Assembly: GCA_963799845.1 (NCBI GenBank)
Contig: CAWCYI010000006.1
Coordinates: 1,024,001 to 1,088,000, forward strand
From: an uncultured Nitrososphaerota archaeon
GTDB lineage: Archaea; Thermoproteota; Nitrososphaeria; Nitrososphaerales; CADDZS01
Reading direction: 5' to 3'
DNA: 64,000 nucleotides
Position 1 is the stretch's first letter. Each line of letters opens with the position of its first letter. A program made the position numbers and the translations under genes. A model generated the notes under the pieces. The model saw nothing but the letters and a program-made list of their open reading frames with translations, was not told where the DNA came from and made no database searches. Positions 1-10,864 of this stretch are shown here, piece after piece.

Positions 1-60
1 ATATCGGCGCAGTGGTTTTTCCCGTAAACAACGGAAGCTTACTCGAGGAACTGCGACATA

Positions 61-308
61 GAAGAGGCGAGAAAAATAATTGAGAGCTTGGAGAAAAGCT
101 CGAAGGAGTGCCCCATCGCTGGCGCGATAACAGCAGTCTACCTGGCTTTGGGAGACCTCGAAAATACTTTTCTCTAAGCCGAAAAAGCCTTCGAGGAGCA
201 CAACCCGGGCTTTCTCAGTGCCCTAAACACAGTATATGAGTGGACAGCGTCCGTTCCGACCCAAGATTTATCGCACTGCTTGAGAAAGCAGGTCGGAAGG
301 TCGATTAA
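61..308 (+). pseudogene. C-terminal remnant of TPR/TolB-like (cyclase- or kinase-associated) protein
   Basis: Manual translation EEARKIIESLEK...VYLALGDLENTFL*AEKAFEEH, then frameshift to DSVRSDPRFIALLEKAG; typical C-terminus of this class; stop at 175-177 and shift near 242. Confidence 0.55.
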
Positions 309-871
309 GATCATGTTCCCTTGATTCGGTTATCTGAAATTATCTCTAGTTACCTCTCCAGAGCAACTCTATGTAGAATCGAATATTCTACTTTGTTGCT
401 GAGCCTGGATACGAACAGAGGGGTCCTGGGAGTTAGAATTGAACCAAGTTAGGTCGAATCCCAACCTAATTTGACAATTTTTTACTAGTAAATTCGTGCG
501 GGGGCCACATTCCGCACTCATGATTTACTAGTAAAAGTTTTCTGACTTTGTTTTGGACTCGATTTTGATTCCCGTTATCAATTAAAACTTGCATTTTCCA
601 GTTACCGGCTGGAAATCCGAGTAAGGAGCAAATGGCGAGAATACTTTTCCCGTTGGAGTAGTTGTTCCAGTTACAGTTGCAGTGAACTTTGCACTGCAAG
701 CAGATGCGAGACCACGACAAATCATATTTCCTGTACCATCCCAGGGGCACGGACTACTGTTGAATAAATAACCTCTGCAGGCCACCATTCTACTTGAGCC
801 GCGATTCCCAGGATTGATAATCGTCTGCATTGTTTATTTCATTCTAACATTGTGAAGGTAAATGAATTGCA

Positions 872-1666
872 ATGCCCAAAATGAGAGTGAATGACATCGA
901 AATCTACTATGAAGTGCATGGCGAAGGCTTTCCATTAGTGATGGTTCACGGGTTAGGTGCAAACTTAGATTGGTGGGATCCGAGCATGGTCCAAGAACTT
1001 TCCAAGAGATTCATGACGGTCACGTTTGATAACAGGGGGGCTGGACGCACCGACGTATCTGACAGAAAATATACCATCAGACTGTTTGCCGATGACACAG
1101 CAGGTCTGATGGATGGCTTGGGGATTTCCAGGGCTCACGTGCTTGGGCTTTCAATGGGTGGAATGATAGCGCAAGAGCTGGTGCTCAACTACCCCCAGAA
1201 AGTCGAAAAGCTTGTTCTCTGCTCCACCAACTGCGGAGGCGTAGAGTCAATTCGAGCATCTAATGATGTGTTGAGAATGCTCGTGGTCGATAGAAGCACT
1301 TTGTCCCAGAAAGAAATATCCAAAATGATGATTTCAGTTACTCTGACCGAAGATTTCGTCGAGAAGAGCCCTGACCTGGTGGAGCTTATCATACAACGGG
1401 GCCTCAAGGCTCCGATTTCAGACGAAGCCTACAAGCGTCAATTGAGCGCGATCTCGGGATTCAACACCCGTGATAGGCTACTTCAGATTAAGGCCCCCAC
1501 TCTGATATTAGTTGGCAAGAAGGATATTCTCATTCCTCCTGAGAATGGTTCAATCTTGGCTGAAGTCATTCCCAACGCTAAGCTTGTCTATCTTGAAAGG
1601 TCAGCCCACGCTCTTACAGAAGATATGGATGAAGTAATCAACTCTGTAAGAGGTTTCCTTGGCTAA
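872..1666 (+). CDS. Alpha/beta hydrolase
   Basis: HGLG oxyanion motif, DNRGAGRT, GLSMGG nucleophile elbow, GKKD acid and C-terminal His. Confidence 0.92.
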   Translation: MPKMRVNDIEIYYEVHGEGFPLVMVHGLGANLDWWDPSMVQELSKRFMTVTFDNRGAGRTDVSDRKYTIRLFADDTAGLMDGLGISRAHVLGLSMGGMIAQELVLNYPQKVEKLVLCSTNCGGVESIRASNDVLRMLVVDRSTLSQKEISKMMISVTLTEDFVEKSPDLVELIIQRGLKAPISDEAYKRQLSAISGFNTRDRLLQIKAPTLILVGKKDILIPPENGSILAEVIPNAKLVYLERSAHALTEDMDEVINSVRGFLG

Positions 1667-1810
1667 CTTTTGCACTATCGTAAATGAGTACGTGGAAGTT
1701 CCTCTTTCTTTGTGTAATTAGTCTGAGCTTGGACTGTTTGCATAGCGAAGACGATTCCGTGACAATCTTTAGGGCATCCAGAACATAATCACTACGGTGC
1801 CAGTTAACAA

Positions 1811-2289
1811 GTGAAAGGCGTTTACATTTTGCTCTTCAGAATCACAAACGATTTCTCAAGATCTGTTGGATTACTCGGACGAGTGCATTTCGAAAAGGGG
1901 AATTATGCTTATGTGGGCTCGGCCCAGTCTTCTCTCTTTCCCAGATTGGAAAGACATTATGCAAAGAAGAAGCGAGTGCATTGGCATATCGATTATTTGA
2001 CGACTTCAAAAAACACGAACATTAAGAGCGCTATCTATTCTGCCGCAGATACGAAAGAGATCGAGTGCCGATTGAGTGCGATGCTCTCAACATTGAGCTT
2101 TTCGAAGCTGTTCCATCTCTTGGCGTAACCGACTGCGAACATGGGTGCAAGTCGCACCTCTTCGTTATGAACGTACCTTGGAAATGCATTACATCTTCGA
2201 TAATTGAGATTTACGAGAAGCTGGGTCTTCGGGCAGTGCTATACAAACATAGAATGCGAACCGTATGCGCGGCAACGGAAACTAACTAA
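1811..2289 (+). CDS. DUF123 / Uri-superfamily GIY-YIG nuclease-like protein, apparent frameshift near 2105
   Basis: KGVYILL, YAYVGSA, RLERH, HWHIDYL in the first ORF; family tail LGVTDCEHGCKSHLF in the overlapping second ORF; shift lies at GAAGCT 2104-2109. Confidence 0.8.
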
Positions 2290-2380
2290 ATCGAATTCGT
2301 CAGTACATGAGGTTATCACATGTAAGAATCGTGTTGATACTTTATAGGCTGATTCGACCCAGTAACTAGATGTTTTACGA

Positions 2381-2584
2381 ATGATAACGTGCCCGTCTTG
2401 CGGAAAAGAAAACAGTGATGCGGATGCAAGCTATTGCACTTACTGCGGAGTGAGCTTGCAAGTCGAGCAAGAGCTTGGTCTGACCGGCGCGACTCGATCG
2501 ATTGGGCTTTTGGCACACTCAAATTATTCATCAGGAGGAAGGTTATCATTGCCCCCGTCAATCCGAAGAATTGTTTATGGTTAG
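2381..2584 (+). CDS. Small zinc-ribbon protein or fragment
   Basis: CPSCG...YCTYCG zinc ribbon at N-terminus. Confidence 0.55.
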   Translation: MITCPSCGKENSDADASYCTYCGVSLQVEQELGLTGATRSIGLLAHSNYSSGGRLSLPPSIRRIVYG

Positions 2585-2596
2585 GCGAACAAGGAA

Positions 2597-4651
2597 ATGC
2601 CCGTCCCAGAAGAGAGTTCATCAAAGCCTTTCCTAACCGGACAAGGAATGTTTGTTGACGACCTTCATCTTGAAGGAATGTTGCACCTCAAGATTGTCAG
2701 GAGCCCTTTTGCACGCGCCCGAATTCTCAAGGTGGAAGGTGGTATAAATGGATCTGAACTCAAGGCAAATTTGGCCTCAGTGGGAGAAGGATCTTGGGGT
2801 GGTGGAGCCGTTTCCGTCCCGTATCCTGTGCTTGCGTCTGATTATGTAAGCTATGTCGGCCAGCCAGTGGCTGCAGTTCTTGCGGATGATCGGTACAAGG
2901 CCGAAGACCTGATGGAAGAGATCAACGTCGATTACGATGCCATGAGATCACTTGTAAATCCGGAGGATGCCTTTGACTTCGAACCGATACATCCCGGCTC
3001 AAAGTCAAACATCATTAGTAAGGTGGAATTGGGTGAGGATTTTCAGATCGACGCTCCAGTTGTCTTGGAAGATACACTTGTGAACTCGAGGATTTCTCCA
3101 AATCCCATCGAGCCGCGAGGACTCGTCGCAAGCTACGACGGATCGAAGCTAACTGTCTGGGCTTCAACGCAATCTATTCACAGTTGGAAGGACGGAATAA
3201 CTGGCGTTACGAAACTCCCTCCGGAATCCGTTAGGATAATACAAATGGATACGGGAGGTGCCTTCGGGACAAAGAGTGGGCTCTATCCAGAATACGCAAT
3301 CGCCTGTTACGCAACTATGAAGATGAAGAGGCCGGTAAAGTGGATAGAAACAAGGTCAGAGCATTTGCTTGCGACTTCACACGGAAGAGGTGCAAGAGGC
3401 AGAATCAAAGTCTACGCCGATACACAAGGTCACGTGAGTGGTCTCAAAGCAGATCTGCTCATTGACAATGGTGCGTTTGCTACTGGAATTGGAGGTTTTA
3501 TGTCTAGTTGGATTGGTTTCCAGCTTACTGGTCCTTACGCAATCGACAAAATATTCGTGACTGGCGCTTCAGTGTTCACCAACAAAGTGCCACTCGGACC
3601 ATACAGAGGAGCAGGAAGACCAGAGGCTGCCTTTTTCTATGAAAGAACGATGGATCATCTTGCCGATGAGCTGCATATTGACCCCGTAGAAGTGAGGTTG
3701 AGGAATGTGAGTGCAAAGCCGTTTACCTCATCACTTGGTTTGAGCATTGAGCCATTCGAACCTTTTCTGAGATCCGCGATAAAGGAACTTGGGTATTCGA
3801 ACGCAAGCAAATCAGAGACTAACAGTGGTTTCTCATGTTTCATACTTGTTTCATCCATCGCACCTGGAGAGTCCGCCAGGATTTCTGTCGGCGAGGGAAC
3901 CGTTAGAGTCTGGATGGGCGGAAGCCAAGGCGGGCAGGATCATGAGACCATTGCTCGCGACCTTGTCAGTCAAGAATTAGGAATCCCGCCTTCGGTAATC
4001 AGGCTTGAACGTGGCGACACCGAGCAATTGGACCAGGGAGCAGGTACCTGGGGGAGCAGATCAGCGGTTGTCGGCGGAGCTGCTCTAATCGAAGCTTCAA
4101 AGAAGATAAGGGAGCAGGCGAGGGCCGAACTGGGTAACTTCACGACCGAAGAATTGTTGAAGCACAACTTCGATGTCACCGTATTTCATGACGACTCTGA
4201 GCCAGTAGTGTCGTTCGGAGCAAATTTGGCGAAAGTTTCAGTTGACAGAGAAACCGGAATGGCAAGCCTAAATGAATGCGTTGCATATTACGATGCCGGC
4301 AGAGTCCTGAACCCGTTCATGGCAGAGGGTCAATCTACGGGTGGGACGGTACAGGGAATAGGCCAGGTGCTGTGGGAAGAAGCCATGTACGATAAAGATG
4401 GTCAGTTGATTGTGGGCACGATGGAGGATGCAGGTATTCCCAGCGCATCACTGATTGGCAGGATAACAATTCAGCTCGTAGAACACGCCTCCGAGCTTGG
4501 CTACCCTATCAAGGGAATCGGTGAAGCAGCGACCACGGGTGTGCCCCCTGCAGTTATTAGAGCACTTGAGAAAAATCTCGGCAGTAGGTTATGCAGGACG
4601 CCTGTCCGCGCAGAAGAGATTCTTGCACTCTTACTCCGTCGATTCTCTTAA
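2597..4651 (+). CDS. Xanthine dehydrogenase family molybdopterin-binding large subunit (CoxL/CutA-like aldehyde oxidoreductase)
   Basis: TGGAFGTK, PVKWIETRSE, active-site loop GPYRGAGRPEA, GTWGSRS, KGIGEAA. Confidence 0.93.
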   Translation: MPVPEESSSKPFLTGQGMFVDDLHLEGMLHLKIVRSPFARARILKVEGGINGSELKANLASVGEGSWGGGAVSVPYPVLASDYVSYVGQPVAAVLADDRYKAEDLMEEINVDYDAMRSLVNPEDAFDFEPIHPGSKSNIISKVELGEDFQIDAPVVLEDTLVNSRISPNPIEPRGLVASYDGSKLTVWASTQSIHSWKDGITGVTKLPPESVRIIQMDTGGAFGTKSGLYPEYAIACYATMKMKRPVKWIETRSEHLLATSHGRGARGRIKVYADTQGHVSGLKADLLIDNGAFATGIGGFMSSWIGFQLTGPYAIDKIFVTGASVFTNKVPLGPYRGAGRPEAAFFYERTMDHLADELHIDPVEVRLRNVSAKPFTSSLGLSIEPFEPFLRSAIKELGYSNASKSETNSGFSCFILVSSIAPGESARISVGEGTVRVWMGGSQGGQDHETIARDLVSQELGIPPSVIRLERGDTEQLDQGAGTWGSRSAVVGGAALIEASKKIREQARAELGNFTTEELLKHNFDVTVFHDDSEPVVSFGANLAKVSVDRETGMASLNECVAYYDAGRVLNPFMAEGQSTGGTVQGIGQVLWEEAMYDKDGQLIVGTMEDAGIPSASLIGRITIQLVEHASELGYPIKGIGEAATTGVPPAVIRALEKNLGSRLCRTPVRAEEILALLLRRFS

Positions 4652-4839
4652 ATCTCGATTGGTCGGTCCCAACTGGCGAGGACAGTCAAGAACACAACGA
4701 TCAAGTTGGATCCCCGGGGCATCGAAACGTCTATTCCGTATATGCTTCACAAAAAGACCCCGGGGCAATTATCCTATCCAACGTAGCCTAGCGCTTCTCA
4801 ATAGATATTTATCGGCCTCAATATTTCAGTAATTTTTGT

Positions 4840-5115
4840 TTGAGTACAGATTCCCCGCCGAAGAATGTTCCGATTATGATCAGGGAGCTTAGCGGTAGAA
4901 TGCTATCAGGTATAATCAGCGGAATGTACACACGCCGAGATGGTACTTTTGTGGCTCAATTATCGAAAGTCTCAATCCTCGAAATAAGGGGATTGGGAAA
5001 AGGACTAGAACCGATTTACGATAAGAAAAGCAAGATCAATGGAATTGTCAATGTTCCACTTGACAAGATAGTTTTTTGGGAAAAGCTACCCGACTATCTG
5101 AAACTTGATCCCTGA
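4840..5115 (+). CDS. Hypothetical protein
   Basis: 91-aa ORF of natural composition behind a TATA-like TATTTAT element near 4806. Confidence 0.55.
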   Translation: MSTDSPPKNVPIMIRELSGRMLSGIISGMYTRRDGTFVAQLSKVSILEIRGLGKGLEPIYDKKSKINGIVNVPLDKIVFWEKLPDYLKLDP

Positions 5116-5399
5116 AAGGTTCTTTTCCTGAAGAGGAGCTACCAAAACGCGAAATTAAAACTTTGTACATTAAATCAAATAATGAGAATTAGAACAAAAA
5201 TCATAGTCATTGCTACCATTTCGATTGTTAGATTATTTCTATTTGCGCCGATTATTCCGATGAATCCACTTTTTTTCTACGGTTCTGGTAGCTACTATCT
5301 CAATGGAATCTGTGGACAATGGTTCTTCAACCGTGAGCTTGCTCATGCCACGTACTCATTTTCGTTCTAATCCAATTTTCTTGATATACCAAAATGCAA

Positions 5400-5601
5400 G
5401 CTCAGAGAGCAGACGCGAGTTAACAGGAGGCCATGTCGTCGTAGCCGTCGGTTTGATGATTCTAATCAATGGTTTATTCTGAGAAATTCCTGGGGAAGTG
5501 TATGGGGATTGCAAGGATACTTTACACTTCCGTACACTTACCTCCTCAACCAGAATCTTGTAAGCGATTTCTGGACAATTCGCCTAGTCAGTGGCAAATG
5601 A
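5400..5601 (+). pseudogene. C-terminal remnant of papain-family (C1A) cysteine peptidase
   Basis: Not in ORF track; GGHVVVAVG (catalytic His), frameshift, then DDSNQWFILRNSWGSVWGLQGYFTLPY...DFWTIR (catalytic Asn); catalytic Cys half absent. Confidence 0.8.
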
Positions 5602-5960
5602 TTATGTTAACCGAGGTCCAGTGAAAAATCCTTGAAATACCGTAACCATGAAGTTTGATAGATAAAAGATTTGATTGCCCTTGATTCTTCTAGAATTGCT
5701 TGGATATTCCAATGTGCATACGTCAGATTACAACAATTCTTCTACCGATTCAGACAGAAGGTCTCTCCATGTCCCAGTCTTTAACTATTCAGTTTATCCT
5801 TTGCGAGAACAGAAGGTTCCAAGAAACATGATGAACAATGAAAAAGTCTGATGTGGCCGTTTTGAAAGGGCCTACTAGATAAGGCGAGAAAGGTTCTGAA
5901 ATCACCAAGAATTGATCACTGAAATTTATCACTGGTAGATTAAACAGAATGGAAATTATG

Positions 5961-6605
5961 CTACATTCTCGCAAATTTCTCCCCAGTAACTATGAACACC
6001 ACAGATTCACCTATGTAGGAGGAGTGATCTGCGATCCTCTCTAGATACCGGAGGATCAGCATCGCCGATATGTCACACTTTTTGGGAGAAGGATCGCTGA
6101 TGATCTTCGCGATGTGCATGCGGTATTTTTCATCAACGTAATCATCGAGTTTCTTTACGTTCTTCCCAAGCTCGGCGTCCCTGTTTGTGAAAGCGTCGAT
6201 GCTCATACGTATCATCTCCTTCGTGGTCTTGCCAGTCAGTTCGACGGTGGTATGATCGCATTTTGATTGGTCACCAAACATATCCAAAACTTCCGCGATG
6301 TCCAGGGCATATCTTCCAAAGCGTGAGAAACCATATGCTATCTCGATACTCGCCTTGATGAAACGTAGATCCGAAGCAACGGGTTGGTATCGTGCGATCA
6401 ATTCCAGAGCGACTTCGCTGACCTCTTCCTCGTCTCTCCTGAGTTCGTCCGACCAAGCACGGATCTCGCCCGTAACGTTCTTGCCGGATACGTAAGCGTC
6501 AATTGATGTTGCAACTGATTTTTCAGAAAGAGCTGCCATGCTTAGTAACGTGTTAGACAGCCTTTCCAGTCCTACGTCCATGAGTCTTGGCAAATTTCTG
6601 ATCAC
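5961..6605 (-). CDS. phoU: PhoU family phosphate uptake regulator
   Basis: YQPVASDLRFI, LDDYVDE, RYLERIADH motifs of the tandem PhoU repeats. Confidence 0.9.
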   Translation of the reverse strand: MIRNLPRLMDVGLERLSNTLLSMAALSEKSVATSIDAYVSGKNVTGEIRAWSDELRRDEEEVSEVALELIARYQPVASDLRFIKASIEIAYGFSRFGRYALDIAEVLDMFGDQSKCDHTTVELTGKTTKEMIRMSIDAFTNRDAELGKNVKKLDDYVDEKYRMHIAKIISDPSPKKCDISAMLILRYLERIADHSSYIGESVVFIVTGEKFARM

Positions 6606-6698
6606 CAGATAGTTGATTCACAAATGTACAGGATAAGTTACTCCAGTTGAATATGCAAGCACGAATCCAAATACAAACTTTGAATCAAAATCCCATGG

Positions 6699-8447
6699 TT
6701 ATATCAAGACACCTACACTTGTCCTCTTCAGGCAAATTCGGGAAATGACAGCGCTCTTGACGATTTGTATGCCTAAATGCTCCATTAGCTTAGGCTGGGA
6801 CTGTTGTCTTTCGAGCTTCCCCACTAGGATCTTACCTGGGCGTGCTTTGTAGTCGGGAATCCCAACTCCAATTGCGATCATAGCGCTTTTTGCAGAGGCA
6901 TGTGGAGAAAAGAATTCTGTAATCGCGTCGTCGTAAAACGTCGAGCCCGAAGCTCCTAAGTTGAGCGAGTATGAAGATAAGTAGACATTACCAGCGATCA
7001 CTCCTGCTTCAAGCTGTGCAACTCTGTAGCCTCGATTTCCCATTGCTCGAAAGAGAAATGACAAGTCGGCCATTGTAAAGAGGACGGCACTTGCATCGCC
7101 AAACAGAGGTTGCTCTAAGCACAAGTAACTAGACATATTTCGAAAGTTCCCAAGCTTCAGTAGCTCGAGAGATTGATTAGCATGATTGTGAAAGTAAGAT
7201 CCTGAAGAAAGCCCGTCTACAGCGTTGGCAATCATGTATATGTCATTAAACTGGGTCATGGAATTACCAGAAAGCGGAACTCCTCTAGTTGAAGAATGCA
7301 AAATCCACGATAGCTTTGCAAATGGAATTGGTCTCCTTGCAAATCTGCGGGTGGAACCTCTGCGAAGTATCGTCTCTGATAAAGGGAGGCCTTTCAATCT
7401 AGTCTCTTCCTGCAATTGAAGGGCGACTATCTTGTCATGAGGATTACTTTTTGGTTCTCTGTTTTGTAAAGAAACTTCAGCTAGTTTCTCGTTCCAAGAC
7501 GTAACTTGCTTTTTCTCAAAAAGGGAGGAAGCTTCGTTCATTTCCCAAATCAATGGATAACTGTGCTCTTCGCTTGAAAGCGGAACCGTCTCAAGCACCA
7601 GAGGAACTGATGTTTCGTTTCTTGACAGATTGTCAGGAGGAGAGAAAGATTCTGGTCCAGCCCCAACGGGTACGAGAGCAATCACCGCTTCTTTTCTATC
7701 CTCTAGTCCGAGAAGCTTCTCAATCTCACGATCCACAAATCCCGTAACGACGCACGCTCTGAGCTTTTCGGAACTACAGATCGCGAGGAGGTTGGCGGCT
7801 ATTACACCTGAATCCCAGAACCAGTGACGATACGACCGAGCCTCATATTTCCAGGCATTCCTCCATGCATGTGAAGTAAAAATGACAGTAAGGGGAGACG
7901 AAATGATATCCGCATTGTTGCCTGCAATTGAAGAAAGCTCACCTCTGTTATCTCCACTGCGTAGTTGTGTGAGAGCGAAATCCGCGGGAGCAAAATGATA
8001 CACCCCGGCCTTCAACCCAAGCAAGTCCTTGCAAATTAGATACAACTCTATCGGATAGAGCGCACCCGTCGCCGAGGCAGCTCGCATGTAGTAAACTTCC
8101 CCGCCGATGTGCATCTTCCGCGTGAGGCCTGCGCAAAAGAAAAGGAGCTCGGCAACTTTCTTGAGATCAATACTCTCTCCAGAAGCGCCATTTAACGCAG
8201 AAGCAAGAGCATCCAGCGAGTTAGTCTTAGGTTGAGGAAACTCATGCGGAAGAGGAATTGAAGATAAATTGCTCTGATAGATCTTGAAGGGGATCGGTTT
8301 GTTTGCAAAGTCCAATCTGTGGCTGTTAATTCTTATGCTAAACTCTGAGTGCTTCGTCGCCTCATGGTATTGCGAGGCGATTTCAATCTCATTGTTGTCG
8401 GACAGGTGACCTGACAATGTAAGACCAACACAACCTTTGACTCTCAC
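6699..8447 (-). CDS. SagB/ThcOx-like nitroreductase-family dehydrogenase with two FMN-binding domains
   Basis: YHEATKH, RAASATGALYPIELY, AWKYEARSYR; second domain RRGSTRRF, RGYRVAQLEAG; true start probably slightly downstream. Confidence 0.88.
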   Translation of the reverse strand: MRVKGCVGLTLSGHLSDNNEIEIASQYHEATKHSEFSIRINSHRLDFANKPIPFKIYQSNLSSIPLPHEFPQPKTNSLDALASALNGASGESIDLKKVAELLFFCAGLTRKMHIGGEVYYMRAASATGALYPIELYLICKDLLGLKAGVYHFAPADFALTQLRSGDNRGELSSIAGNNADIISSPLTVIFTSHAWRNAWKYEARSYRHWFWDSGVIAANLLAICSSEKLRACVVTGFVDREIEKLLGLEDRKEAVIALVPVGAGPESFSPPDNLSRNETSVPLVLETVPLSSEEHSYPLIWEMNEASSLFEKKQVTSWNEKLAEVSLQNREPKSNPHDKIVALQLQEETRLKGLPLSETILRRGSTRRFARRPIPFAKLSWILHSSTRGVPLSGNSMTQFNDIYMIANAVDGLSSGSYFHNHANQSLELLKLGNFRNMSSYLCLEQPLFGDASAVLFTMADLSFLFRAMGNRGYRVAQLEAGVIAGNVYLSSYSLNLGASGSTFYDDAITEFFSPHASAKSAMIAIGVGIPDYKARPGKILVGKLERQQSQPKLMEHLGIQIVKSAVISRICLKRTSVGVLI

Positions 8448-8619
8448 TTGAATATTTAGTCAAAAGGTTATTCTCTACCAGTCTATAATCCTAGGATTTA
8501 TGCTGGTGAGCCCAGAATATAAATCGGAGGCGCGAGGTGATTTTTAATTCGTCCCTTATGGAGAGAGTCAACCCCGGATTGTAATCATCGTTCGCGGAGT
8601 GCTTACAATTAATGTAGAC

Positions 8620-9078
8620 TTAGAAATTACCCATAAGCAATTTTGTTGTCTTTTCATCGAAGTGGTAATTGGCACGATACTTCCTGCAAAGGTCAATGAT
8701 TTCTGGTAGTTTGCGCTGAACGGCCTCCAGCGTCTCTTGGGCAAGTGGATCAGTGTCAGCAAATTGAGTTTTTGTGCCTGTCGATAATTCGATTTTGAAA
8801 GTTCTCCCTTGCTTCTTAGTTTTACTGTTAATCACTTTCGACCTTTCGTCTTCTTTCTGCGAATTTTTCTCCGTCGAATCTCTCTCTGCCGAGGTCCGCA
8901 GGACTAACCATATTTCATAATTCATGAAAGGTGAAACATTCGCTCTAGGCTCGACCAGGGATTGATGGGTCTCATAAGAAATCAGAATGCGATAGCTCCC
9001 TCTTCCTTCTTTGCATACACTCTCGAAGTATTCTGGAAGCGTTCGAGGCAGTCCAAAGAGCTTGTAGCCGAGTGTCAA
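8620..9078 (-). CDS. Hypothetical protein
   Basis: 152-aa ORF of natural composition, no recognised motif. Confidence 0.5.
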   Translation of the reverse strand: MTLGYKLFGLPRTLPEYFESVCKEGRGSYRILISYETHQSLVEPRANVSPFMNYEIWLVLRTSAERDSTEKNSQKEDERSKVINSKTKKQGRTFKIELSTGTKTQFADTDPLAQETLEAVQRKLPEIIDLCRKYRANYHFDEKTTKLLMGNF

Positions 9079-9364
9079 CCTGATGATATTACCTCGAAGC
9101 TATTCTCCGACAATGAAGTGATTTTCCCAATATTTTTCTACGTTAATTGAAGCCAAGGGCGCTGATCAACTCCTCCTTCCGAAGAACTTTTTCACCTCTT
9201 TCTCATGATGCTCCAATATTTTACTATACGTCGGTTATCCACTTCCGAAGAGACATTTGTTTGGCTATGGAAATCTCCAGAAAAAGGAGCTTTGACAGGG
9301 GATAAATGATTCAACTGTATATAGTAGAAAGTATGATGTCTAGGAGTGGGAACCGAGCGATGTA

Positions 9365-9508
9365 ATGGTAAGTTCTGACTTTTGCGATATCTGCGGATCT
9401 GACGAAGAAATAAGTTACTGCACGTTCCACAAGAAGTTTCTCTGTCTGGCTTGCGATTGGAAATTGCATTCGGTTGAAATTAAACGGGCATACGAACTTT
9501 ATAGTTAG
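9365..9508 (+). CDS. 47-aa B-box-like zinc-finger microprotein
   Basis: Manual translation MVSSDFCDICGSDEEISYCTFHKKFLCLACDWKLHSVEIKRAYELYS; below the ORF track cutoff. Confidence 0.65.
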   Translation: MVSSDFCDICGSDEEISYCTFHKKFLCLACDWKLHSVEIKRAYELYS

Positions 9509-9523
9509 TTGCAGATCAAAAAT

Positions 9524-9770
9524 TTGACCACTTAGACGTTCCTGCTAGTCAATGTGGATCCTCAGACCCAAACGGAGATGTTCAAGGAGTTGAAATCAAC
9601 TCAAAAAGTCAGGGAGGTTTATCTGATATGTGGAGTCTAGGTTCTGGTAACTATTCGGGACATAGAACCAAATTCTAAAGGTGTTAACTAGAGGGACATG
9701 ACGAATTTTAGATCTATGAGGAGTTTTGAGCATTCAACACAAACTCTTACGAATTTTCCTTCATATTGAA
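9524..9770 (+). pseudogene. Degraded Lrp/AsnC ligand-binding domain protein
   Basis: TFLLVNVDPQTQTEMFKELKSTQKVREVYLICGV*VLVTI with in-frame stops; resembles stand-alone archaeal Lrp C-terminal domains. Confidence 0.5.
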
Positions 9771-10798
9771 TGGATTCCATGTCTCTAACTCTGGTTGTTT
9801 TGTCGCACCTATGGCACTTCGTTATACGATTCAAAGTGATCTCACTCAACTTGAGAGATGAAAGAGAGGTCTATTTCAACATGAAATAGCCAAGTTCTGG
9901 TAACCTATGGGGTGACATGAAAAGGGCTGTTAACCAGATAAACATGAGGATCCGACACGTTACAGTAGTCCAGCATTATATAACAGTACGGCGATGATCA
10001 CTATTATCACAAATATCAAAGGCAAAATATACAGCCAAGGCAATCCTTTCTCTTGCTTCTTTCGACGCCTTGCGCTGATATCTTTAGTCATGGTTCGTGA
10101 TCAAGTCTCTTTATCGAACGTCAATTAGCATACCATTTTCAAAAACAATTACCCTTGCGTTTTAGTGCGATGGCTTTTGATTTTCCATTCAGTCCTCTGA
10201 ATCCAAGTGATGAACTTCTGTTCATCTTCCTCTAAAGTGTAAAGAAATCTGAACGTTTATTGGTAATCATTTCGCAACACTTCTTGCAAGTTCCCGAAAT
10301 GTCTTAATGAGAAAAACAGGAAACAAGTATTTCTTGTTTTCCCAAAAAACGAGCATGGCAACGTTTTTCTCAAACGACAATTACAACTGGTTTGATCTCG
10401 ATAACCGCTTTCAGCCTCTCGCACAACCAATACTTCTCGTGAGCCAGAAGACCGTGAATCTCCAGCTCTATCGGCTATCGAAAATAAGTTTGCAATCAGG
10501 ACGCTTGACCAATTTCATGTTCTTACCTCCTGCCAATTCGAGAGATCAACTCTGTGATTATGAACGTTTGAGTAATATGATTTTGCCTATTTTTCTCACT
10601 TTCCAGGTAATCGTCTCTTTTACCATTTTCTGGGTTTCAGCTTCAATTTTACTCCTCCAAATATCCGAGAAATTGGAATTCGGATATCCGTCGCCGAGCA
10701 TATGACTTTAAGTTCAGTGCGGTAATTTCACAGTTTTCGACATCTTTTCGGAATAAATTTCTTCTTCATCAAGCGAAGGGGATGGATTTAATCCCATA

Positions 10799-10827
10799 AT
10801 GGGTTCGAATCCCGTACATCGGCTCCA
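10799..10827 (+). other. Isolated tRNA 3' fragment (T arm, acceptor strand, CCA); candidate att site
   Basis: ATGGG-TTCGAAT-CCCGT-A-CATCGGC-T-CCA; no D arm or anticodon arm upstream; one base longer than canonical. Confidence 0.55.
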
Positions 10828-10864
10828 CAAATTCTGCCAAAAACAAGTGAGGGGTGAATGTCCC

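Noticed and set aside
2597-4651. Aerobic CO dehydrogenase (form I CoxL)
   Set aside because: Active-site loop is PYRGAGR, not AYxCSFR, and coxMS genes are absent
6699-8447. SagB-like dehydrogenase as part of an azole-RiPP cluster
   Set aside because: No YcaO or Cys/Ser-rich precursor nearby, and it is 8 kb from the RRE-M50 gene; double-domain SagB proteins often stand alone
10307-10705. 132-aa plus-strand ORF
   Set aside because: Composition is atypical and the purine-rich coding signal lies on the minus strand in broken frames
10750-10827. Complete tRNA gene
   Set aside because: No D arm, anticodon arm or matching 5' acceptor strand upstream
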